Both the position numbers and the translations under genes were made by a program. Shown here piece after piece: positions 51,001 to 60,045 of a stretch of DNA of 64,000 bases (position 1 is the stretch's first letter; each line of letters opens with the position of its first letter). Source of the stretch: Psammoneis japonica (Eukaryota); assembly GCA_008632985.1 (NCBI GenBank), contig QPGO01000062.1, positions 248,001-312,000 on the forward strand, given 5' to 3'. The notes beneath the pieces are model-generated. The model made no database searches. It was not told the origin of the DNA and saw only the letters and a program-made list of their open reading frames with translations.

Positions 51001-53261
51001 AACCACTGCTGTCTCAAAAAATTCGAGGGGCATGCTGGCATTTGTGTGCTGTGCTCATGTTTTTTGAACATGTGGCACTTTTTTTCTTCGTTGTTTGAGC
51101 TTCATTGTGCATCTTGTGGGGTTGCAAATGCTGTCATGATGGCAACTGCATTGTGCAGCTGCAGAGATCAGCTCATGTTGCGGGCATTTTGCGGTCATGA
51201 GTTCACGGCTTGGAGCTGTCAGACCTTTTTTTTGTTCCTCTGGTTGGGTGCAGTGCAGTTGTGCACAATGACCACACAACAGCACCACATCACAAGCCAT
51301 GCTGGAAGAGCCACAGACTCTGCAGATGTGTTGTTTCTGCTGCAATTTTCTCTGTCTCTTTCTGCAAGACCAACATTTTGTTTCTTGCATCATCTGTCAT
51401 TGCCAGTTGCCTGCAGCAAAACAGCAGCACAATTTTCAGTCAGCCACAAATTGCAACAGATGGAAGCAAATAATCTGTTGCAGCTCTTGTTGTGTTTCTG
51501 TGCAGCTCAATGTTTTCCAACCCTTTGTTGGCTTTTGTTGCTTCACTTCTCTTCAGTTGTTTGCACATTGAAGAGCACAAGCAAATGAGAAGGCCCAGTG
51601 CTCTTCTCTTGCTTGGTGCTTCCACATTGTGCTTTGTGCCTGCATCAACAAGTTGAGGGCTTTGTGCCCTTCCAGCAGCTGGTGCTTTTGTCATGGCTGC
51701 CTTCTGCAAAATGATTGTCTGCAGCAAAAAGCACAAAGGCCTTGCACCCTTCTTGCAACAAATGGCACTCAGATCCTTCATCAGCAGGTGGGAAAAGAGC
51801 GTGCCTTTTCTGACCTCAACTCAGATGGCATGGTGACATGTTCCCAGCTTTGGACACAGCTCCAGCTGTGAACAAACAGCTTGGAGACACCACTCCCTTG
51901 TGATTTGTTTTGCTTTCTTGATGTGCTGGTGTGTGACACACACTTTTGTCTCATTGTGTGCAGATTGAAGACAGTGGGTTTGGGTGTCGCAGAGAATGTC
52001 TGTGGCAAGAGGATGCTCTCATTGCTGTGCTTGAGTGCAACACAACCCACTTGACTTGCAGTTGTGGCAGGTGCAACAATGCTGCATGCCTGGTGCAACC
52101 AGCTGAGAGCTTTTCTTGTGGTTGAGTGTGGCCTCAACTGCCACAGCTTGGGCCCCATTTGCAGCACCACACATCAATGCACTCCAGCCCTGGGTGGGAC
52201 TCCTTGTGACATGGGGGCTCACAGAATTTTGTGTGCAAGTTCTGCAGATCATGTGCTGGATGACAAGCACATTTGCCCTTGACACCCAAACAAACAACCA
52301 AGTTTGTTGTGCAATTGCTGCACCTCTTCACACTCTGGGTTTTTGAAAATCTGCCTGCACGGCACATTGCACAAAAAATCAAAGTGGTTGAATGGATTGC
52401 ACAAAAAATGTTTGCACTGCAACACAATGCAAAATGCCACCAAAAAGTCTCACAAGAAAAGTTTGTTTGCATGATGCGCAGTGCATCAGAAAAAATGTCA
52501 GTGCATCACAGCCCAGCAATGGCAGGAGGCCCAACCATTTTTGTTGTGAGGGGTTGTTGCTCTGCAACCCAAAACTCAGGGCTCACTCTGCCTTCTCCCA
52601 ATTCTGGGCTGTTTTCTCCACAGCTTTTTCAGAGTGTCTTGCAAGCTGGAAGAGCCAGCACCACTGTCTGTGTTTGACGTGTTGCAGCCCCAGGTGGGAG
52701 CTTGCAGTGCTGATGTGTGACACAATTTTTTTTGTCATCCGTTGCATGTTTCGCACACACATTTCTACGTGTGATCTTGCAAAAAATTGTTCCAGACTTG
52801 CTGTTTTGCGAAACCTCAGATGTTTTGTTCAACAAAATCATGGGAACACAAATGTGCCAGGTGCATTCTTTGACATGTGAAGAATGTGCCTGGCTGAGCA
52901 AAAGACACTGCACTTCAATCATGGACGAGTTTGTGCGTTTGCAAAATTTCCTCATTTTCTGTTGGTGATCATTGACACACACCAATTGCTCAACAATTTT
53001 GCTTTGGAGCTTGCACGTAGAATTCCATGGGCCCAATGTCACATGGATTTCCACCTGCATCTGGAGCGCATCGTTTTCCCATCACATGTGCCACTTGCAA
53101 GTTGCTGCTGCCAAAATGTCATCATTGACACAAGCACTTCTTTGTCATCTCTTTGTTGAAAGTTGCCACACATTGTGCACTTGATGCGATCAGATGGTTG
53201 TTGGCCGCTTGAGCAATTGGAGATGTGCACAACTGTTTTGCTGCAGCAGTCTGCCCCACCC
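45050..53261. mobile_element. TpA-depleted block 4, left part: unclassified decayed repeats
   Basis: About 15 TA in about 8 kb by eye. No recognisable family. Contains a ~100-bp direct repeat at 47757-47859 and 48047-48149. Confidence 0.65.
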
Positions 53262-53501
53262 TGACAGGATTTGAACAAGATTTTAGTTTGTCACACACAA
53301 TTGCTTGTGCTCTCAGTTCCGTGCGAGACGCGCAATGCAGTTTGGCTTTTGAGCCACATGGCTCACAAGAACAACAACAGCGCCAGCACCAACATCAACA
53401 ACACCAGTCTTTTGGCTCCTGTGATGGTGTCTGCATGGAGACTCATCTGCCATTTAGAAAGCAACAAGGAGTCATTGTTTTCTTCCACCCAGTCATCTTC
53501 A
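53262..53501 (+). repeat. 5' LTR (alignable part)
   Basis: Aligns with 56596-56842. True 3' end uncertain. Confidence 0.85.
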
Positions 53502-54810
53502 ATTTCTGTCAGATTGACAATCTCACTCATTTTCATCCATTGAGCATTCATCATCATCGAAAATCTTTGACAACACACACCATTGGCGGTGGAAGTGCAT
53601 GTCCACCTTCTTTGCTGCCACCTCAACAATTCTGACTGGCCACCCGAATCCCACGAGTTGTGTGGTCACTTCGTTGGCATTGCCGAACACGTTGGTCATC
53701 ACATGACATTCAAGATTCTTTCTGACGATGCTCAGAAGATTCTCTGCCGCTCAAATGTGCATTCCGCCTGTGATCCGTCCACTCCCAACCTGTGTCTTGA
53801 TCCTCCTGATGAGGAATCTGCTGAACCCGTCATCAAATCCCAACATGACTCCAAGGATTCACCAGATTCTTCAGATGGAGGGGTGATCAGGATGCCCAAA
53901 ATGCCGGTCTTTGACCCCAAGGACATCATTGGATGCACCTTCCTGCCTCATGAAGCCACAAGAGGATGGACAATGCCACAGAGCTCGTGTTGTCAAAGCC
54001 GTTGAGGACCATGGTGACTGGAAAATTGGAGACAACCCCAAACTGGTCAAGTTCATTTGCTCTGTCAACAATGGTGGGTGCGAGGAAGTCCCAGCCTGCA
54101 ATGACATCATGCACCACATCAAGCAAGAAGACGAGGACACTGCCCTCTGGAAACTCCGATGCATGGCATCGCAAAAAGGACCATTGCAACCTCATGATCC
54201 ATCTTGGAAAGGCTCAAGCTACAATGTCATGCTTGAATGGGAGAATGGGGAGATCATCACGTCTGAACCCCTTGCCATCATTGCCAAGGACGATCCTGTC
54301 ACCTGCGCCATTTGCACACGCGAGCACAGTTTGCTTGAGACCAATGGCTGGAAACGCTTGTTCCGGACTGCAGCTCTGTGCCAGAAGAAGCTGTTCCACA
54401 TGGCCAATCAAGCCAAGTTGCGCTCCTTTTGCACTGTGCCACAGTGCAAGTGCGGGCATGAAGTGCCCCGGGACTGCAAGCACGCCTTGGTCCTTGATGA
54501 GCGCAATGGCAACCGCAAGTGGGGAGATGCAACAGAGCACGAGATGACTCAGCTTGATGAGTGTGAGGTCTTCCATGACTGTGGACATTGCAAGGATTCC
54601 AGCGCTCCACAAGGACACAAGAAGATTCGGGTGCATCTCATCTGCGACGTTGAACATGACAGATGGCACAAAGCAAGGCTTGTTGTCAACACGGACACCT
54701 CACAGATGCCCTGTCAACAGTGTCCATTCCAGAGTGGTGTCTCTCCACGGCCTGCGAATGATGATCTTCCCAGCCAAACTCAAAGAACTGGAGACTTGGG
54801 CTGCCAACAT

Positions 54811-55203
54811 GACGGGTTCCAGTCCTAGGTGGGACTCCGTGTGACATTGGGCCCGTAGAATTCTACGTGCGAGCTCCGTAGTACGAGAATTTAATTAATG
54901 TATACATTTATCTTCAACATCAAATAAACTGCCAAGTTTGTGGTACAATTATGCCTCTTGCCACTCGACGTTTTTGCAAATGCGCCTGCCCTACGCGATT
55001 CTTAAGACATTATAGAATCGCGCTGTAACAAAAAATGTCAAAAGTTGTTGGACGGATCGCTCAATAAGTGTGCCGTAAAATGACACAAAATATCGAAAAA
55101 ATCACGTAGAAATCTACGTGCGCGACATACGACGTGGTTCAAAAAACTGTCGATGTCACAGTTCAGTAGTGCGAGGTCCCACCTGCTAGACCTGGAACGC
55201 GTC
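54811..55203. mobile_element. MITE inserted in the copia RT
   Basis: Imperfect TIRs: gacgggttccagtcctaggtgggac versus reverse complement gacgcgttccaggtctagcaggtgggac. TSD is ACAT (54807-54810 and 55204-55207), or CA if the ends are 1 bp longer. Removing it restores WAANIGGACLEA. Confidence 0.9.
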
Positions 55204-56595
55204 ACATTGGGGGTGCCTGTCTTGAAGCTGCAACCAAGGAGAAACTGCACATTGCAGCAGGCCCCAAATCAGGTGAGCTGGAAGGACACATCCTTGTCAT
55301 CCACAAGGCCTCACACGGACTTCGCAGCTCTGGCCTCAGATGGCATGAACACTTTGCCAATTGCTTGCATGCCGAGGGCTTCTTCCTGTGCAAAGCCAAA
55401 CCCAACATCTGGCTGTGTGGGAGTGATGACCACTGCAAGCATGTGGCAGTGTGTGTGGATGACCTGGCCTTTGCCGTGAAGGAACCCCAGGCTTTTGCAG
55501 ACACTCTCATGTGGAGAAGTGCAAGTTCAAGCTCAAGGGCACTGGACCATTGGAGTTCTGTCTTGGTTGCAACTTCACCTGCGATCCAGATGGCGCCCTG
55601 TGCCTTGCTCCTCATGAGTGCATTGAGTCAAGGTTGAAAACTGTGCATGCCTCTTTGGAGAGAAGCCCCACACTGATGTGCTTTCAACCCTTGACAAGGG
55701 AGACCACCCTGAGCTCAACACCTCCGAATTGCTCAAACCGGAGGGCATCCACCAACTCCAATCCTTGATTGGTTCCCTGCAATGGGCTGTGTCTCTTGGT
55801 CACATTGACATCACTGCAGCTGTCATGCCCTGTGCAGCTTCTGTGCAGCACCCCATCAAGGCCACCCAGACCGCGCCAAATGCATCCGCGGATTCCTCTC
55901 CAAGATGCGTCATGGTGCCCTCCGAGTGTGTGCCGAGGAGCCCAGCTGTTCGGACCTTCCCAAGCCCGTGTGTGACTGGGCCCAATCTGTGCATGGGGAG
56001 GCAGAAGAGCTGCTCCAGCAAGATGCACCCTGGCCACTTGGCAAATTTGTCACCATGACACACTGCGTTGATGCGAACTTGTTCCATTTCATGCTCCTCG
56101 CTGGACGCTCTGTCACCGGCATCCTTCATTTCCTCAACAAGTTCCCGGCTAATTGGTTCTCCAAGAAACAAGCAACAGTTGAGACTGCTGCACATGGACC
56201 TGAGTTTGTTGCCACAAGGATGTGCGTTGAGCAGATCATTGATCTGCACATCACTTTACGTTGCCTTGGCATCCCCATTCATGAAACATGTCACATGTTT
56301 GGGGACAACAAGTCGGTTGTGGACAGCGCTGCCACCCCGCACTCCCAAGTTGCACAAGTGACACACCACCCTCTCATTCCATCATGCACGTGAGGCAATT
56401 GCTTCCAGTTTCCTCAAGTTTCATTTCATCGAAGGTTCCCGCAACCCTGCTGACATCCTCAGCAAGCACTGGCTGGGGTTGCTCCCAGGTCTGGAACCTC
56501 CTTCGTCCTCTGATGTTTTGGAACTTTGATCCCGAGGCTTTCAACCAATCTGACCTTGAATCCATTGCTGTCAACCCCTCAAGCAAACTGGGGAG

Positions 56596-56842
56596 TGACA
56601 GGATTTGAACAAGATTTTAGCTCATCACACACAATTGTGTGTGCTCTCAGTTCCGCGCGCGATGCTCGATGCAGTTTGCTTTCGAGCCACACGGCTCACA
56701 AGAACAATGACAGCAGCATTGACATCAATGACACCAGTCTTTTGGCTCCTGTGACAGTCTCTGCATGGAGACTCATCTGCTGTTTAGACAGCAGTGAGGA
56801 GTTGTTGTTTTCTTGACCCAGTCTTCCACCCAGTCATCTTCA
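56596..56842 (+). repeat. 3' LTR (alignable part)
   Basis: Follows the PPT-like tract and aligns with 53262-53501. Confidence 0.85.
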
Positions 56843-57435
56843 AGAATTTCCATGTCACACCCCCCTTTGAGATTCTCTTTGCATCTGTGGATGCCTCAAA
56901 GCTCTGCACAGCAGTTGAGAGCCACTCTTGAAATTCTGCACACTTCTCCCCTTGTGAGGTGGGTGCACACACCCACATCTTTTTTCTGCACCAGCTCTCT
57001 CTGGCAGTGATGTCTCACAGCTGAAGTCACCACCAAGAATGAAAATGTTCTTTTTTTGGGCCTCTTCAGGATTGCCCAAATTGCTTTTTAAAGCAGCTTT
57101 TCTTGTGAAGCTTTTCCAAGGCCCTTTTTGCATGCAATCACAGTGTAGAGGAACCACTGCATGGCTCATGTGTTGGTTCTTGTCACTCACATGCAGCCTT
57201 GGCCTTGCCTTGCCTTCCTACAGTACAACCATGAAATGTCTGTCAGTTCCACGTCTTGTCCACGTCAGTGGTTCGCTCGCTCGCGCCTCAGCGCACACGA
57301 ACATAACATGCTCGTCGTGAGATTGCAGTGGGTTTCGATTTTGTGAGGTGACCATTGAATCAGCTGCATCCACCGTCTTTCTTTTGCGTTCGGCAGTGTG
57401 TGGCCGAAACAAGTTAGCTGTAGGAACGTTAAGGC

Positions 57436-58263
57436 ATGGCAGGAAAAAGTATGGCTGGTCGATTAATTCTCAACAGACGGATCTATCCGGCCCTGAAGCC
57501 ACAGACTCGTCAATATCAGCAGCAGAATGTTTTGTGCGCCGGTGTTTATCGAACTTCTTTCTCACATCGCGATGAAAAAGAAAGAGATCAATCAAGAACT
57601 GGACTAGATTTTCATTCAAGTTATCCTGTGATCACATCGGCTTCTTTGGGAATGCTTTCAGGCGCCAACAGTTTTCGATGGCATAGCACCACCACAACCA
57701 CTACGAAGCGATCAAAAAGTATCTCTACCAAGGACATTCGGCGCAAAATGGACCACGAAGCAAACATCCTGCGGGGTCGGGCAGCAGAAGGCGCACGCAA
57801 GAGTGCCAAGGCGGCGAGAAGGGGCGCACGTAGTGCTGGCGAGATGATTAAGCAGTATGGTCCTGTGTTCGTCGGCACGTACATGGGTTTCTATTTTGCC
57901 ACCTGGGCGTCGCTATTTGCGGGGATAGACTCAGGTTTGATTGATCCTGTAACGTTGATTCAATACTTTCATTGGGGTCAGAGCGAAGTTACCGCTGAGT
58001 CAAAGTCAACTGTCGATGTTGTGGTGCACATGTTGGAAAAATACCCTTTTACCAAGGACTATGCGGAAGTGGTTCAACGAAACCCACACGCGGCAAACTT
58101 GGCAGTATCTTGGGTCGCTACCAAGTTTACGGAACCTGTTCGATTGGTCTTAACGATTGGAACGGTCCCAAGAATTGCCAAGTGGTTTGGACGAGAATTA
58201 CCGGTGCATGACGATGACGAGGGACATGCCAAAAGCGACGAAGAACCGACCTCAACCAAGTAA
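57436..58263 (+). CDS. FAM210/DUF1279-like mitochondrial membrane protein
   Basis: IKQYGPVFVGTY...F.GIDSG and ANLAVSWVATKFTEPVRLVLTIGTVPRIA; Arg-rich presequence. Confidence 0.8.
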   Translation: MAGKSMAGRLILNRRIYPALKPQTRQYQQQNVLCAGVYRTSFSHRDEKERDQSRTGLDFHSSYPVITSASLGMLSGANSFRWHSTTTTTTKRSKSISTKDIRRKMDHEANILRGRAAEGARKSAKAARRGARSAGEMIKQYGPVFVGTYMGFYFATWASLFAGIDSGLIDPVTLIQYFHWGQSEVTAESKSTVDVVVHMLEKYPFTKDYAEVVQRNPHAANLAVSWVATKFTEPVRLVLTIGTVPRIAKWFGRELPVHDDDEGHAKSDEEPTSTK

Positions 58264-58867
58264 TTGCGAAACCTTAAATTGTTGTACCGCCCTTTTGATG
58301 ACAAAGCTATGTAATCGAGAGACCTCAGTTAATGCTGGGGTGATAGCCCTAGTGGAATATGTATCATAAGGCTCAAAAACGTTCAGGTGGTCAAGGGTAT
58401 GCAACCGTGATCAAATATTTAAGATCTCTTTGCTCATCAGAGCTGTTTTGTGCATTCTATAAAATACTTTCTTGCGAGTGGAACCAAACGCTGCTTTCAA
58501 AAGCACCCCTCCTCAACCTGGAAAGCTATTGTTTCAGATGCCTTCCAAATTGAGGAATACGTTGGTGCGATAATCTTGTGAAGGATTTGTAAGCCCACTT
58601 CCTGTCAATACCGTTGGTGTTCGAGGAGCTGCATGATTTCGAAGTAGCTTTTCCGGTGTTTTCTGAGTTGTGAAATGGGACTTGGGCTGAGCTGCAAGAA
58701 TACCACGCCTCACATCTTCAATGAGGATCATGCCCTCACTTCATGGTAGCGAAAGTGGAGAAAAGGTATTGTCGCGGTGAGATGTCAAGTAATATCATCT
58801 CTTTCCGATGAAGTTGATGCGAGAAGCCGGGGAGTGACACGAACCACACTACAATCAACGGAACAAC

Positions 58868-59326
58868 TTACTCTAAAATCTTGAGGAGGTTGCAATCAAA
58901 TGCGTACTGCAAAACCCTGTCGAAGCACTTTCCTTTGAGCGGTCTTTCTCTCTTGGATTCGTTGCGTTGAGGGTCAAGCTCAAGTACTTCGCCATCAGAA
59001 AGCATGACGCTGATCGCTTCCACTGCGGCAAAAAGTTCCTTTGGTTTGTGAGGATTTCTTTTCTTGAATTCCATTGTTTCTTCATTGTTCCCGGTCCCGA
59101 TAAGTTCTTCGCAGTCCACGACACGACCATGAGAATCTGTGCAAAGGTCTATGCCAGGTCGAGAAGATTGATGCCTTTTTGGGAGCTGTGACGTGGGTTG
59201 ATTTCGTCGTTGCTTTGCGTAAGAACCTTTGTTGCAAACATTTATTGAACGAGCCGATGCTCTGACACCACCGATGCTAATCGCTCCTCCAAAGAATAGG
59301 CGAAGGAAAAGAGTATGTATGTTCAT
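58868..59326 (-). CDS. Hypothetical protein, possible signal peptide
   Basis: 152-aa ATG-initiated ORF with hydrophobic N-terminus; no recognisable domain. Confidence 0.3.
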   Translation of the reverse strand: MNIHTLFLRLFFGGAISIGGVRASARSINVCNKGSYAKQRRNQPTSQLPKRHQSSRPGIDLCTDSHGRVVDCEELIGTGNNEETMEFKKRNPHKPKELFAAVEAISVMLSDGEVLELDPQRNESKRERPLKGKCFDRVLQYAFDCNLLKILE

Positions 59327-59719
59327 GTTTCAAAAATGTGATGAACAAAGCGAAGACAGTTACAAAGAAAGTTTTCTTCTGACACAGTCGTTTGTCGGCT
59401 ACTGTAGGAGAGGAAGGACTTCAGAGAGATCTTCGTGTGCCCGTGAGAGCTTTTATGAGTCGAAAGAAGATGACACGATGACACGTCTTCGGTTCCTTCT
59501 CATTTTTTCGATGTCACTTCCAACTTCGTCTCGCTCTGCGCGCAAAAATGGACATATGATACCGATGTTGAATATGAGCTAGTCTGATGGGGTTATGGAC
59601 TTTTCGAATAATTAACAGAAGAAAATATGCTTCTTAAATAAAGTATTGTAAGAGACAAAATAGTTACATGTCTCAAAAATGCCGGGACTGGCGAATCATC
59701 ATCCTCAATCCCGCGTCAG

Positions 59720-59852
59720 CTACACTACACATAGCTAGAGAGTAGAGGCTACTCTCTCTACGGTAGCTACTCTAGAGAGTACAGTAGAGAGCTACACTCT
59801 TGGGGCCCTCTCTAGCTACCTAGAGTAGCTACTCTCTAGGCCCTCTCTAGTC
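59720..59852. repeat. TAG/CTA-rich palindromic low-complexity tract
   Basis: tagctagagagtagaggctactctctcta...; palindrome AGAGTAGCTACTCT at 59822-59835. Confidence 0.8.
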
Positions 59853-60045
59853 GTTGCAAGTCACATCATTATTTTCGCTAGTTTCAGTTTATTACGCGCG
59901 ATAATGGAGAGTTTGTGAGGATATGGTATTCTCCAGCAGCGACAGAAAGAGGGGAGGCGCGGGACGTTTCAACATGAGCGGAGGGGGCATGGAGAAAATA
60001 TGTATAAAAGACCCTAAAGAGGAATTAGCTATCCCGAAAATCTGA

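Larger units (their letters stand above)
53262..56842 (+). mobile_element. Internally deleted, hypermutated Ty1/copia (CoDi-like) LTR retrotransposon
   Basis: LTR-like pair starting TGACAGG at 53262 and 56596, with PPT-like aaactggggag before the second. pol remnants: FVGIAEHVGH, WENGE..SEPL, KKIRVHLICDVEHD..HKARLV, HGLRSSG, AVCVDDL, HCVDAN, WFSKKQATVET, FGDNKSVV and NPADILSKHW. gag, protease and most of the integrase are absent. No TSD found. Confidence 0.9.

Noticed and set aside
53911..56520. Alternative genetic code or recoding as the cause of Tyr->Cys/His
   Set aside because: Neighbouring genes use TAY normally. The change also affects LTRs and non-coding DNA, and the pol is frameshifted.
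3390..57200. Many overlapping Cys/His-rich, Tyr-free ORFs in all six frames inside the blocks, superficially like metal-binding proteins
   Set aside because: They are a by-product of TA loss: TAA/TAG stops and Tyr codons vanish while TGY/CAY codons accumulate. Recognisable ones are frameshifted relics.
3390..57200. CpG deamination or classical RIP as the sole explanation
   Set aside because: CpG decay explains part of the TG/CA excess but cannot remove TA or turn Tyr into Cys/His. RIP would increase TA.
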